A DNA stretch of 64,000 nucleotides, taken from contig CAVUDP010000002.1 of NCBI GenBank assembly GCA_963740315.1, positions 2,208,001 through 2,272,000 of the forward strand, given 5' to 3'. A program made the translations under genes and the position numbers. Below are positions 39,962 to 52,078 of the stretch, in pieces (position 1 is the stretch's first letter; every line of letters begins with the position of its first letter). Below the pieces are notes generated by a model. It searched no databases. It was not told the DNA's origin and saw only the letters and a list, made by a program, of their open reading frames with translations. This DNA comes from an uncultured cyanobacterium. GTDB taxonomy: Bacteria; Cyanobacteriota; Cyanobacteriia; Cyanobacteriales; Nostocaceae.

Positions 39962-40302
39962 ACTTGGAGTTAAGCTAAAATACTTAGAAATATGTACTAT
40001 AAATAAATACGTAGTTATTAATAACGATAACTTGATTTTCTTTTTACCTGCACCAAAAATCGTGTTCTATGAAACCGATATCAGATTAAATAAATTAGTT
40101 AAATAATTATGGATAAAAGCAGAGTAATTCTTGTAGTCTAGAAAACAAAAAAGCTCAAATAAACGAATTGTATATTTAAGTAAAAAATTAGCTAGATAAA
40201 ACTTGAGAAAATGAAATCAAGTGATAAATTAAAGCTGCGATTAACAATCCATAACCGAATTTATACTTGATTTAATTCAGATAAGCTGTATCTTATAATT
40301 CC

Positions 40303-41352
40303 ATGCCACAAAAAAATCCAAATATACAACCATCTACACCTACCCAACCGCCTTTATCTCAAGAAAAACTGCCATTTTGGAAAGCATCATTAGTTAAAGC
40401 TTTACGAGGAACTATTGGGGTATTAGAAACTACCGCAGTCAAATTAGAAACAGAACCTTTACCCGGTAGCGAAGAAAAACCGGGATTTTTACAAAAGCTT
40501 CAGCAGCTTTGGATTGGTATATTAGGAAAACTTCGGCTTATTTTACCAGCAAAGTTTTCCGCAAAGTTATCAGATACAGCTTTGACGGGAATTATCGGTG
40601 GATTAGCCGTAATGATATTTCTGATAACTTCAAACCTATTCGGTAGCAAACCTCCACAAGTGGCAACCGTGACTCCAGACACGGAGATTCCACCCGTAAT
40701 ATCCACTACCGATATAAATGCAATCGCAACAAAAGAAACCCCAGCAATCGTAGAAACCCAAGAAAACCCGAAACAAGAAGAAACTATTACCGAGCAAGAA
40801 ATTCCTCCACAAAAAGAAATAACTTCCTTACCATCCGAACAAGAAATTACATCTAAGCAGCAAGAAGAAACAACTTCCTTACCATCCGAACAAGAAATTA
40901 CATCTAAGCAGCAAGAAGAAACAACTTCCTTACCATCCGAACAAGAAATCGTATCTAAACAAGAAGAAATAACTTTACCATCCGAAGAAGAAATCGTATC
41001 TAAACAAGAAGAAATTCCACCACAATTAGAAACTCCTCCTCCAGCCATAGCACTAACACCAGAAGAAACCTTAATTGCAGCAATTCAAAATCAACTTGGT
41101 AATATTGGCGATCGCACTTTTCCAGGAATAGTAGAATCAATTCAAGCCAACTTTTTAGGCAGTAATTTGACGATAAAAATCAGTAGCGATTGGTACAGCT
41201 TAGAAAAAAAACAACAAAATGAACTCGCCGCCAAAATCCAGCAACGTTCCCAAGAACTAGATTTCACCCACCTAGAAATTACCGATTTGCAAGGTAAACT
41301 AATAGCCCGAAATCCCGTAGTAGGAACTGAAATGATCATTTTTAAAAGGTAA
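40303..41352 (+). CDS. Hypothetical single-pass membrane protein with an acidic repeat linker
   Basis: One TM segment (ALTGIIGGLAVMIFL), a Glu/Pro/Thr-rich tandem repeat and a globular C-terminus (LIARNPVVG). Confidence 0.8.
   Translation: MPQKNPNIQPSTPTQPPLSQEKLPFWKASLVKALRGTIGVLETTAVKLETEPLPGSEEKPGFLQKLQQLWIGILGKLRLILPAKFSAKLSDTALTGIIGGLAVMIFLITSNLFGSKPPQVATVTPDTEIPPVISTTDINAIATKETPAIVETQENPKQEETITEQEIPPQKEITSLPSEQEITSKQQEETTSLPSEQEITSKQQEETTSLPSEQEIVSKQEEITLPSEEEIVSKQEEIPPQLETPPPAIALTPEETLIAAIQNQLGNIGDRTFPGIVESIQANFLGSNLTIKISSDWYSLEKKQQNELAAKIQQRSQELDFTHLEITDLQGKLIARNPVVGTEMIIFKR
40821..41015 (+). repeat. In-frame coding minisatellite (units of 51, 51, 48 and 45 bp)
   Basis: Unit AACTTCCTTACCATCCGAACAAGAAATTACATCTAAGCAGCAAGAAGAAAC repeated with stepwise 3-bp deletions. 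Confidence 0.95.
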
Positions 41353-41701
41353 TTGGGCATTAGGAAAGTTAGGAGTTAGGAGTTAGGAGTTAGGAGTACT
41401 TCGACAAGTCTTACAGTGAGCTACGTCGAACTGCTCAGTAACCTTATTGAGTTAGGAGTTAAAAGTTAAAAGTTAGGAATTAAGAGTTAAGAGTTAGGAG
41501 TTAAGAGTTAAGAGTTAGGAGTTAGGAGTAGCGATCGCATCTTGCTCGCTGTTTAACTACCCCATCACCCCATCTACCCCCTCTACCCCCTCTTCCCCCT
41601 CTTCCCCCTCTCTCCCCATTCCCCCATCTCCCCATCTCCCCATCTCCCCCTCTACCCATCTCTCCCCCTCTCCCCCATCTCCCCCCTCTCCCCATCTCCC
41701 T
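41352..41701. repeat. Large STRR cluster (AGTTAGG/AGTTAAG, then CCCCMTCT) with embedded REP-like fragments
   Basis: Tandem units directly visible; embedded CTTCGACAAG..GTCGAA and GTAGCGATCGCATCTTGCTCGCT pieces. Confidence 0.9.
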
Positions 41702-41745
41702 AACTTGCTTGTTAAAATAAAGATTGTCCCTTTGAACTGGTAATT

Positions 41746-41982
41746 ATGCTAAGGCGTTCTAAATTCGAGACAACTCAATCTCAAATCATGCACCGTGCAG
41801 AAGATTTAATCAGTGCGGCTTCCAACCGTTACCGGATTACAGTTCAAGTGGCAAATCGCGCTAAACGTCGGCGTTACGAAGATTTTGACAATACCGAAGA
41901 TGTATTGATGAAGCCTGTATTACGCTCAATCATTGAAATGTCCGACGAATTAACCCAGCCAGAAATCATCGGTGAAATGTAA
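41746..41982 (+). CDS. rpoZ: RNA polymerase omega subunit (ycf61 type)
   Basis: [19 protein letters not shown] and [14 protein letters not shown] motifs. Confidence 0.93.
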   Translation: MLRRSKFETTQSQIMHRAEDLISAASNRYRITVQVANRAKRRRYEDFDNTEDVLMKPVLRSIIEMSDELTQPEIIGEM

Positions 41983-42161
41983 TACAGTTAGCGATCGCAA
42001 ACATTGGGTTTAAGTGTCTTACTTAAAAAAGTTAAAAGCTTTTGCAAGCTGTAATACGTGATTTGTCATAACCCCCTATATATTAAGAAGTAGGGGGAAT
42101 TTTTTTTGCTTTTAATCTCCCCATCCCCCCATCCCCCCATCCCCTTGTCCCCCCATCCCCC

Positions 42162-42524
42162 ATGCGCGTACTCAAAAAAGGAAACGGTTGGCGTATCGGC
42201 TTTAATCCAGCAGCACGGGATTTTAAAGGCTTACTGGGTACAGATGATTGGGCTGTAGAACTTACGGAAGCTGAGTTTAATGATTTTTGTCGGCTGTTGA
42301 TGCAGCTTGCAGACACCATGCAACAAATGGCAAACGAGTTGATGGATGAAGAAAAAATTGCCTGCGAAGCTGAAAGTAATTTGCTGTGGATGGAAGTAGA
42401 AGGCTATCCCCATGCCTACAGTTTGCGTTTTATCCTTAATAATGGACGTTGCGTAGAAGGTAAATGGGATTGTGCCGCCGTTTCCGAATTAATCCAAGCC
42501 GCAGCCATGCTCAAGGTATTTTGA
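42162..42524 (+). CDS. DUF1818-type cyanobacterial protein
   Basis: GWRIG, WAVELTEAEF, ELMDEEKI and GRCVEGKW motifs. Confidence 0.8.
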   Translation: MRVLKKGNGWRIGFNPAARDFKGLLGTDDWAVELTEAEFNDFCRLLMQLADTMQQMANELMDEEKIACEAESNLLWMEVEGYPHAYSLRFILNNGRCVEGKWDCAAVSELIQAAAMLKVF

Positions 42525-42655
42525 ATTAATTTGAATTAAATAGTTGTGACGCTGCAATTTTGTGTTAATATACTAAAGTTAAAACCCCAGGATTTAAGAT
42601 TTTCGCAAAAGAAAACTCAAAATCCATTTTTTAAAGTTAGATAAAGTCCGATTTA

Positions 42656-42729
42656 CGGGGCGTAGCGCAGCTTGGTAGCGTGCCACTTTGGGGTAGTGGA
42701 GGTCGTGGGTTCAAATCCCGCCGCTCCGA
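42656..42729 (+). tRNA. tRNA-Pro (GGG)
   Basis: Acceptor stem CGGGGCG/CGCTCCG, D arm AGCTTGGTA, anticodon arm CCACT-TTGGGGT-AGTGG, T loop GGTTCAAATCC; CCA end not encoded. Confidence 0.97.
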
Positions 42730-42854
42730 TTTGATTGAAAGACCATATATATCAATGGTTTTATGGAATTTCTATAACTGGTGTGTACTTTACTAAGATC
42801 GCTCCAATAAGTTGTAGTTGCATAGAAACCTTGATATTAGAGCCTAATATTACA

Positions 42855-43182
42855 TAATTTTTGATGGGTTCGTTTTTTCGGTAAATGTCGGGAGACGTAG
42901 CACACAATAGTCTCTACAATCAATCAAAATTAATCACATGAACTAGTAGTAGTCCTTTTCATTAGTTTTGGCGGGTAATAAAGGTTCGTAGTAAGGGCTT
43001 TAGCCCTCTTCTCCGGAGGCGAGTACAGCGCTTACTACAAACCTGTCAAATTTAATGCAAAAGACCACTACTAGTCTGTCCCATTAGTTTTAAAGGGTTC
43101 GTAGTAAGGGCTTTAGCCCCAAATCCGGAGGCGCTAAAGCCCTTACTACGAACCTGTCAAATTTAATGCAAAAGACCACTAC
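42855..43182. repeat. Second tandem stack of CTAG-joined MITE/REP-like units
   Basis: Same hairpin family as 13856-14240; tail AACCTGTCAAATTTAATGCAAAAGACCACTAC duplicated. Confidence 0.85.
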
Positions 43183-43405
43183 CTTGCATACATTAAATAA
43201 AAAATCAAGTATTAAACAACCGCTACAAAATCTCAAAAAGTAATGTTTATTTAATAATTTTTTAACTATTATCTATCTCTTTAGTTATAAACTATTCCTG
43301 CTTTTTTATGAATTGTTTGCTATTTACTGTTTATTCAGAACTGTTTGCTGTTTACTAATTACTGACTGTTAAACGCTAATTGAAAATCATCAATATTGTG
43401 ACTAA

Positions 43406-44488
<1,083 letters not shown>

Positions 44489-44611
44489 AAAGGTTAAAGG
44501 TCAAAGGTTAAGAGTTAGGAGTTGGGAGTGAAGAGTTAAGAGTTAGAAATTAAGAATTTTCTACCCCATCTTCCCCCTCTCCCCCCTCTTCCCCATCTCC
44601 CTCTAAATCTC

Positions 44612-46042
44612 ATGCGTAAAACCAAAATTATCTGCACGGTAGGACCTGCTACATCTACACCGGAGACTCTAAAAGCTTTGGTTGATGCGGGAATGAATGT
44701 AGCAAGATTAAATTTTTCCCACGGGGATTATCAATTTCACGGTAAAACTATTGAAATTCTCAGAAGTATACCGACTCCTCCAGAAAAACCCCTGGCTTTG
44801 ATGCAGGATTTATGCGGACCAAAAATCCGTTTGGGTATGCTTCCAGATGAAGGTTTGATGGTGAATGAGGGGGAAGAAGTTACTTTTGTCGAGCAAGAAC
44901 AAGGTAATAATATTGATGAATTGCCTTTACCCCAACCACTTTTATTTGCAATGGTAAGGGTTGGCGAACCGATCGCCATAAATGATGGTCGCATCAAGTT
45001 GACTGTTATCGATCGAGATGCGGATAAAATTCGCGCAAAAGTCAAAATTGGCGGAATGCTTTCTTCTCGTAAAGGTGTAAATTTACCTCAAACTCATCTC
45101 CCGGTTAGTTCGATTACTGAAAAAGATTTATTAGATTTACGTTTCGGTATTCAAAATAATGTCGATTTAGTCGCAGTTTCCTTCGTGCGTTCCCCCCAGG
45201 ATTTGGAACCAGCACGGCGAGCGATCGCAGCCGCTGATAAAAAAATTCGCATTATTGCCAAAATCGAAAGACGCGAAGCTGTAGAAAACTTCGATGATAT
45301 TTTAAAAGTCGTTGACGGGATTATGGTAGCCCGTGGCGATTTGGGTGTAGAAGTACCCTTAGAACAAGTTCCGCTGATTCAAAAAGATATTATTCGTCGC
45401 TGCAACCAAGCTGGTAAACCCGTAATTACCGCTACCCAGATGCTGGAATCAATGATATATGCTTCCGATCCCACAAGAGCAGAAGTAACAGATGTTGCTA
45501 ACTCTATCCTTGATGGTACGGATGCGATTATGCTTTCCGGAGAAACAGCAGTGGGAAAATATCCGATCGCCGCAGTAGAGATGATGGACAAAATTGCTGT
45601 AGAAACAGAAAAATCGCTACCCGACGGCACCCAGCAAACTTTCGGTTATCAACCCGGTAGTCTGAGCGTTACCGAATCAGTTGCAGAAGCAGTATGTCGC
45701 ATGGCTTACGAAGTCGGAGCAAAGGCAATATTATGTCACACATCATCGGGAGGTACGGCAAAACTAGTTTCTAAATATCGTCCTACAACTAGGATTATTG
45801 CTCTGACATCCGAAGAAATTTCCTACCGTCAGCTAGCCCTTTCCTGGGGAGTCGAACCCTTAATTATCTCTCCAGCTTCTGAAACAGAAGAAATGTTGAT
45901 CGAACTTATTAACACCGTTGTCGAAATGGGAGTTGCTGAAGTTGGCGATAAAGTTGTAATCACATCCGGTATACCCGTAGGTAAACCGGGAACCACAAGT
46001 TTAATCAAAGTGCATACTATTGGTGAAGCGATTTCGGCGTAA
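44612..46042 (+). CDS. pyk: Pyruvate kinase
   Basis: RKTKIICTVGP, ARLNFSHG, MVARGDLGVE, ATQMLESM and MLSGETA motifs. Confidence 0.98.
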   Translation: MRKTKIICTVGPATSTPETLKALVDAGMNVARLNFSHGDYQFHGKTIEILRSIPTPPEKPLALMQDLCGPKIRLGMLPDEGLMVNEGEEVTFVEQEQGNNIDELPLPQPLLFAMVRVGEPIAINDGRIKLTVIDRDADKIRAKVKIGGMLSSRKGVNLPQTHLPVSSITEKDLLDLRFGIQNNVDLVAVSFVRSPQDLEPARRAIAAADKKIRIIAKIERREAVENFDDILKVVDGIMVARGDLGVEVPLEQVPLIQKDIIRRCNQAGKPVITATQMLESMIYASDPTRAEVTDVANSILDGTDAIMLSGETAVGKYPIAAVEMMDKIAVETEKSLPDGTQQTFGYQPGSLSVTESVAEAVCRMAYEVGAKAILCHTSSGGTAKLVSKYRPTTRIIALTSEEISYRQLALSWGVEPLIISPASETEEMLIELINTVVEMGVAEVGDKVVITSGIPVGKPGTTSLIKVHTIGEAISA

Positions 46043-46176
46043 TGAGGTAGAGGGGGAAGAGGGGGTAGAAGGGGGAGAGGGGGTAGTTAGGAATTAAGAA
46101 TTATGAATTAAAAAGTTATAACTATCTACCCTTAACCTTTGACCTTTAACCTTTGACCTTTGACCTGTTGTAAATC

Positions 46177-46872
46177 ATGACCAAACTTATTTTAATTCGT
46201 CACGGACAAAGTACTTGGAATGCTGCGAATCGTTTTAGTGGTTGGGTTGATGTTCCTTTAAATAAAAGGGGACGTGTGGAAGCAACTTTGGCGGCTCATA
46301 AGTTAAAAAATTATCAAGTTGATGTTTGTTTTACCAGCTTGTTAGTTCGCGCTATTGAAACAGCAGTTATCTGTTTAACTGAAAATGAAGAAATTTGTAA
46401 CGGTAAAACTCCGGTGATAAAACATGACTTAGATGAATTTCAGTGGCACGGTTGGGATAAATATGAAGGAGAAGCTTCTGAAGAATTGCCCATATTTACC
46501 AACATGGCGCTGGATGAAAGGTTCTACGGCGACTTACAAGGTTTAAATAAAGCCGAAACAGCCGAAAAATTAGGTAAAGAACTAGTGCATCAATGGCGGC
46601 GATCGTTTTCAATGCGTCCACCAGGGGGTGAGAGTTTGTCAGATACCATGAATAGAACCGTACCATTTTTTAAAGAGCGTATTTTAACTCATCTCAAAAA
46701 TGGCGATCGCACTTTAGTAGCCGCTCACGGTAATTCTTTGCGTTCAATTATCATGGAATTGGATAAGCTAGAACCAGAAGAAGTCCCCCATCTAGAATTA
46801 GCAACCGGACAACCGATAGTTTACGATGTAGATGAATCGGGTAACGTCTCGAATAAATTAATATTAAAGTAG
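46177..46872 (+). CDS. gpmA: 2,3-bisphosphoglycerate-dependent phosphoglycerate mutase
   Basis: LIRHGQSTWN..NRFSGWVD, ERFYGDLQGLNK and AAHGNSLRS motifs. Confidence 0.95.
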   Translation: MTKLILIRHGQSTWNAANRFSGWVDVPLNKRGRVEATLAAHKLKNYQVDVCFTSLLVRAIETAVICLTENEEICNGKTPVIKHDLDEFQWHGWDKYEGEASEELPIFTNMALDERFYGDLQGLNKAETAEKLGKELVHQWRRSFSMRPPGGESLSDTMNRTVPFFKERILTHLKNGDRTLVAAHGNSLRSIIMELDKLEPEEVPHLELATGQPIVYDVDESGNVSNKLILK

Positions 46873-47068
46873 TTAAAGGTTAAAGGTTAAAGGTTAAAGG
46901 TCAAAGGTTAAAGGTCAAAGGTTAAAGGTTAAAGGTCAAAGGTTAAAGGTCTGTATGTTAATAGTCGCGATCGATAAAATCATAACTCTCCTTGTCTCCC
47001 CATCTCCCCATCCCCCCATCTCCTTGTCTCCCCATCCCCTTGTCTCCCCCCTCTCCCCCTCTCCTCCC
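46873..47068. repeat. STRR cluster (GGTTAAA/GGTCAAA)n and CCCCATCT/TGTCTCCC units
   Basis: About 11 heptamer units directly visible after the gpmA stop codon. Confidence 0.95.
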
Positions 47069-47310
47069 AATTCCAGCAAAACGGTATAAATTCTTAATAA
47101 CAATTTAATCAAAGTGCATATAATCCGACAGTCAATATTAGGAATTCCTAAATAGAATAGGATTTGTTGCATAAGAAGGAATCTTTAATCGGTAATTAGG
47201 AATAGTTAATCAAACAAATGTATTAATTACCGATTAGTAAATTTTGCAAGTAATAGCAGTATTAAACGAAAAGCGTCAATCCTCGACACATCAATTTAAT
47301 GGAGTAGGTT

Positions 47311-48312
47311 ATGTCCAAAAATTTATTAGAACAATTGCGATCGATGACTGTTGTGGTAGCCGATACGGGCGATATCCAACAAATTGAGAAGTACAAGCCC
47401 CAAGATGCTACTACTAATCCTTCTTTGATTACTACAGTGGCTCAAATGCCGGAATATCAAAAAGTCGTTGACGATACTTTAGCTCAAGCGCAGAAGGATG
47501 CTGGTGCGAATGCAAGCTCAACTGATATCACCAGACTGGCTTTTGAACGCTTGGCTGTGGCTTTTGGTTTGACAATTCTCAAAATCATCCCCGGTAGAGT
47601 TTCCACAGAAGTAGATGCCCGTCTTTCTTACGACACCGAAGCTACACTTGACGTTGCACGGGGAATTATTAAGCTGTACGAAGCTGCTGGAGTTTCTCGC
47701 GATCGCGTTTTAATCAAAATTGCTTCTACCTGGCAAGGTATCAAGGCTGCGGAAATTCTTGAGAAAGAAGGCATTCACTGTAATCTGACATTATTGTTCG
47801 GTATCCATCAAGCAATTGCTTGTGCGGAAGCTGGTGTTACCTTAATTTCTCCTTTTGTAGGACGCATTCTCGACTGGTACAAGAAAGATACCGGCAAAGA
47901 TAGCTATCCTGCTCCAGAAGATCCAGGTGTTTTGTCCGTTACCGAGATTTACAACTACTACAAAAAGTTTGGCTACAAAACCGAAGTTATGGGAGCTAGC
48001 TTCCGTAATTTAGGCGAAATAACCGAACTCGCTGGTTGTGACTTGTTAACCATTGCTCCTAAGTTCTTAGCTGAATTGCAAAACAGTACGGATGAATTAC
48101 CCCGTAAACTTGATGCAAATAAAGCTGCGAAAATGGATATTAAGAAAATCTCGATGGACAAAGCTACCTTCGAGAAAATGCACGCAGAAGATAAAATGGC
48201 TTCTGACAAGTTAGATGAAGGAATCAAAGGTTTTTCCAAAGCATTGGAAGACCTCGAAAAGTTGTTAACCGAAAGATTAGCTAACCTTAATGAGGAAGCT
48301 AAGGCTGCTTAA
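47311..48312 (+). CDS. tal: Transaldolase
   Basis: [36 protein letters not shown] and LISPFVGRI motifs. Confidence 0.98.
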   Translation: MSKNLLEQLRSMTVVVADTGDIQQIEKYKPQDATTNPSLITTVAQMPEYQKVVDDTLAQAQKDAGANASSTDITRLAFERLAVAFGLTILKIIPGRVSTEVDARLSYDTEATLDVARGIIKLYEAAGVSRDRVLIKIASTWQGIKAAEILEKEGIHCNLTLLFGIHQAIACAEAGVTLISPFVGRILDWYKKDTGKDSYPAPEDPGVLSVTEIYNYYKKFGYKTEVMGASFRNLGEITELAGCDLLTIAPKFLAELQNSTDELPRKLDANKAAKMDIKKISMDKATFEKMHAEDKMASDKLDEGIKGFSKALEDLEKLLTERLANLNEEAKAA

Positions 48313-48629
48313 AACTAGTAACATTTAATTGAATGTAGAGACGTTGCATTGCAACGTCTCTATTTTTATATAGCTTAAAAAATCGACAGATAAGGATGTC
48401 CACCCCACAAGATATGAAGAGAATTTTTCAAAAATACAGCATATTTCATCAAAGTAAGGTAGATTCGGACGGGCAGGGATGCCCATCCCACAAGAGTTTT
48501 GTAATTGATGACTGTACCTCATTCATCTGCAAACTGCTGTATTAGGACATTATTAAAAAGCTTCAAATTGACTACTAAATATATATAAGCCATAATTGCG
48601 ATCGAATTTATTAAATTTATCAAATTATT

Positions 48630-48905
48630 ATGAGTATTTGGGAATTTATTGGTGACACTACCAATGCTAGTAGAGGTTTTGTTAAAGAACTCTACGAGGA
48701 GTTAGAATATTCTATCCGCGAAGAATTAAAACATTCTCATAGAGAACAATCGCATTTAAAAAATGAAATTAATAAACTCAAAGCTGAAAACGACAAGCTT
48801 AAATTAGTTGTGACGAAGATTTTAACAAAGTCTGTAGAAAAAGGTGTTTTTGCTCAAGAAGAAATAGAATCCTTATGTAAGGATATTGGTGCTGAAAATT
48901 GTTAA
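48630..48905 (+). CDS. Small coiled-coil hypothetical protein
   Basis: 91 aa ATG ORF with heptad pattern LKNEINKLKAENDKLKL. Confidence 0.55.
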   Translation: MSIWEFIGDTTNASRGFVKELYEELEYSIREELKHSHREQSHLKNEINKLKAENDKLKLVVTKILTKSVEKGVFAQEEIESLCKDIGAENC

Positions 48906-49131
48906 ATAGATAATTAAGATCGTGGAGAAGTATTACCAAAAGATATACTTGAGCAACTTCAGCGAGCAAGAAAATCTCAACCATCTGAACGGTCAAAAAT
49001 CAAGTATTCCCGTATACAAAAAAATATGCCAAAAGTAACATTTTATATCACAAAAAACATTACTTTTGACAGCACATTAAAAGTACAAAATGTTACACTT
49101 TATATATGTAACAAGTAACCTAATCGTCTAC

Positions 49132-49166
49132 GAGTCTCGCTCTGCCAAAGCAAGGCTCTTTTTTTA
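49132..49166 (+). terminator. Intrinsic terminator in the spacer upstream of ackA
   Basis: GAGTCT-CGCT..AGCA-AGGCTC stem followed by a T7 tract. Confidence 0.6.
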
Positions 49167-49565
49167 TTTAGCAAATTTAATAGAACCTTCTCGATCGATC
49201 AATTACCAATCGTAAGTTCTGAAGATAAATACTTAATTACTTTAATCTTTTTCCTCTATTAAAGTCAATAAATCTTCAGGGATATTTTGATTTTGTGTTT
49301 TATAATACTTTTTGCGTAGAAATTTGATGTATCTAATCATTTCTATCAGAAAGCAGGTTTCTTCGCGTTCATGAATAACCTGACGATCGCTAAAAAAGAA
49401 CTTGCGGTTTCCGATAAATTCATTTTTTATGATATTAAAAATTGCTTTACCTGCGATCGATAATAATTATTGAAGAAAATAAATTAATTTTCAACAATCG
49501 ATTGTCCCGACGATCGATAAACTAGAAAATTATAGCTGAGATATAAAGGTGAAAAAGTTAAAAAA

Positions 49566-50774
49566 ATGAAAATACTTGTACTAAATGCAGGTTCAAGCAG
49601 TCAAAAAAGTTGTTTGTACGAGATGACGGGTGATATGCCTTCTTCACCACCCGCACCCATATGGGAAGGAAAAGTAGATTGGAGCCATCATCAAGGTGTA
49701 GCGGAAATTAAGGTGGAAACAGCCACGGGGGAAAAATTAACCGAAGAAATCGCTACAGATTCCCAATCGCAAGTAATGGCTCGTTTGCTTAATACGATGA
49801 CGGAAGGTTCTACTAAAGTCATTAATCAACTTTCGGAAATTGATCTAGTAGGACATCGAGTCGTACATGGCGGGAAAAATTACAGACAAAGCGTCGTAAT
49901 TACTCAAGAGGTAAAAGATGCGATCGCCAATCTTGCAAGTCTTGCTCCAGCACATAATCCCGTTAATTTAGCAGGAATTGAAGCGGTAGAAAATATTTTA
50001 GGAGATGTTAAGCAAGTTGCAGTTTTTGATACCGCGTTTCATCGCAACATACCCGATGCTGCGGCGATTTATCCCGGTCCCTATGAGTGGCTAGAACAAG
50101 ATATTATTCGTTATGGGTTTCACGGTATCAGCCATCAATACTGTGCCCAACGTGCTGCCGATCTTCTCGGCAAAGATTTGCAGTCTTTACGTTTGATTAA
50201 TTGTCATTTAGGAAACGGTTGTTCTTTAGCGGCAATTAAAAACGGTTGCAGTGTAGACACAACTATGGGGTTCACCCCTCTTGACGGATTAATGATGGGT
50301 ACTCGTTCCGGTAGCATCGATCCTGGAATTTTAATTTACCTATTAAGACAAGGTAATTATACCGTCGAACAGTTAGATAATGTTTTAAATAATGCTTCAG
50401 GTTTAAGCGGTATATCTGGAATATCAAGCGATATGCGGCAAATAAAAGCAGCAATTTCTCAAGGTAGCGATCGCGCCCAATTAGCCTTTGATATCTACGT
50501 GCATCGTCTGCGTTCCTCTATTGGAGCCATGCTAAGTAGTTTGCAAGGGTTAGATGCTTTAATATTTACCGCTGGCGTTGGCGAAAACACCCCCGAAATT
50601 CGTCAAGCTGCTTGCGAAGCCTTTGAATTTATAGGAATAAAAATTGATTCTAGTAAAAATACTAATAAACCCGTGGATGAAGATATTGCTCAAACCGATT
50701 CAACTGTAAGGGTATTAGTTATACATACTCAAGAAGATTGGCAAATAGCTCGTGAATGCTACAAATTGGCATAA
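49566..50774 (+). CDS. ackA: Acetate kinase
   Basis: ILVLNAGSSS, VGHRVVHGG, VFDTAFH, RYGFHG, HLGNG and FTAGVGEN motifs. Confidence 0.98.
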   Translation: MKILVLNAGSSSQKSCLYEMTGDMPSSPPAPIWEGKVDWSHHQGVAEIKVETATGEKLTEEIATDSQSQVMARLLNTMTEGSTKVINQLSEIDLVGHRVVHGGKNYRQSVVITQEVKDAIANLASLAPAHNPVNLAGIEAVENILGDVKQVAVFDTAFHRNIPDAAAIYPGPYEWLEQDIIRYGFHGISHQYCAQRAADLLGKDLQSLRLINCHLGNGCSLAAIKNGCSVDTTMGFTPLDGLMMGTRSGSIDPGILIYLLRQGNYTVEQLDNVLNNASGLSGISGISSDMRQIKAAISQGSDRAQLAFDIYVHRLRSSIGAMLSSLQGLDALIFTAGVGENTPEIRQAACEAFEFIGIKIDSSKNTNKPVDEDIAQTDSTVRVLVIHTQEDWQIARECYKLA

Positions 50775-50923
50775 AAGGCATGGGGTAATAAGAGTTAGGA
50801 GTTAAGGGCTGTACAAAAGATTTCGATATGCAAACATACAATTATTGATATTTCCATTCATCCTATTTATTTATAACTCCTAATTCCTCACTCTCATCTC
50901 CTAATGCCCTATTCCCAAAAACA

Positions 50924-50954
50924 AATGCCCGCCACTATTAATAGGGCGAGCATT
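50924..50954. terminator. Hairpin terminator between convergent ackA and the 363-aa gene
   Basis: AATGCCCGCC-ACTATTAATAG-GGCGAGCATT, with an A tract on the left (U tract on the minus strand). Confidence 0.65.
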
Positions 50955-50986
50955 GTTGAATCAAACATACTACATTGAGCTTTTGA

Positions 50987-52078
50987 TTAGGATGCCGTTT
51001 TAGCATCTACACTATCTAAATCCCAGGTGTAATAACCCAGTTTATTCGGAACTCTAGCAAATCTACCGATGCGATAACCTCGGGAAAGTTCGCCTAGCAC
51101 CATGCTCCTAATCTTCATGTCTCTAATTTCTTCATCATCAAGCGCTCCATAAATCTGTTCGATGATTTCACTCACAGAATAGATTTTTCCCACATTTTCT
51201 TCCAAAAATAAGGAAATCGCATCAATGAGAAACTGACCTTCGTACTGGGGCAGCATTGGTATTTTTTTTGTCTTCTGAGGTACCAATGGCTTCCTGGTTT
51301 TAGGTTTTGATTTTTTAGATTTAGTTCTGCTACCAGGTGGTACCACTAAACTCAAATCTAAGGTGTAGCAACCAGGTTCGTCGGGAACCGATTCCCAGTA
51401 CATTTGTTCTTTGCCGTGGGTAAGCGAAGAATGGACTCTACCTTTGACGACTTTAAATGCAGTTGACTCTAAGTCTCCATAAAGCGATCGCACTACGAAG
51501 TCGATATGACATACTTTGCCTTTATTGCTTTCTAAAAGCTGTTTTATGGCTTCTATTCGGGAAATATGCCGAAATTCGGGCAACATTGCGATGTCGGAGC
51601 CGCTTTTCGGATTATATTTTTCCTTGGCTGATGTCGTTTCTTTGAGGGTAGAAGATTCGTCTTCATCAACATCGTCTTCTAAAGTATCCTCTTCGACTAA
51701 GACGTTTTCGTTCGGCTCGTCATTCGATTCGAGTTCAGATTCGACTTCATCAAATTCAACTAGATTGGTATTTTCATTACTACTACCATTAAGTTGAGAT
51801 TTAACCGCTTCTCTAGATAGATCCGAAGATGCTTGCGCGATCGCTGTCACATCAAGTATGTCTAGATCGGGTAAGGCTTTACTACTAATTGAAGCGTGAG
51901 AATTAGATAGCAACGCTTCAACGTGAGCAAGTTGAACTCTGGCGGTAGTGACTCTTAGCTCGTACTCTTGTACTAACCGACCATAATACTCTCTTAAACC
52001 TAATAGTGATTCAAGTAAAGCTTGTGGCGGTGTTTCTATATTTTGCTGCGACTCTGGTTTCATAGCGTCCTGATTCAA
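50987..52078 (-). CDS. Hypothetical protein: N-terminal coiled coil, acidic linker and two related C-terminal wHTH-like domains
   Basis: Internal duplication MLPEF..IEAI..LLE..GK..LYG.L..L..G..VP...G.YT.DL versus MLPQY..IDAI..FLE..GK..IYG.L..L..G..VP...G.YT.DL; TTG start overlaps the upstream stop (alternative ATG at 52063). Confidence 0.8.
   Translation of the reverse strand: MNQDAMKPESQQNIETPPQALLESLLGLREYYGRLVQEYELRVTTARVQLAHVEALLSNSHASISSKALPDLDILDVTAIAQASSDLSREAVKSQLNGSSNENTNLVEFDEVESELESNDEPNENVLVEEDTLEDDVDEDESSTLKETTSAKEKYNPKSGSDIAMLPEFRHISRIEAIKQLLESNKGKVCHIDFVVRSLYGDLESTAFKVVKGRVHSSLTHGKEQMYWESVPDEPGCYTLDLSLVVPPGSRTKSKKSKPKTRKPLVPQKTKKIPMLPQYEGQFLIDAISLFLEENVGKIYSVSEIIEQIYGALDDEEIRDMKIRSMVLGELSRGYRIGRFARVPNKLGYYTWDLDSVDAKTAS

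Noticed and set aside
39962..40302. Retron msr-msd upstream of the ATPase/HNH pair
   Set aside because: AT-rich with no convincing a1/a2 inverted repeats, and no RT gene in the window
42656..43400. tRNA-Pro as the integration site of a genomic island
   Set aside because: No integrase, no duplicated tRNA 3' end noticed, and the downstream genes are core metabolism
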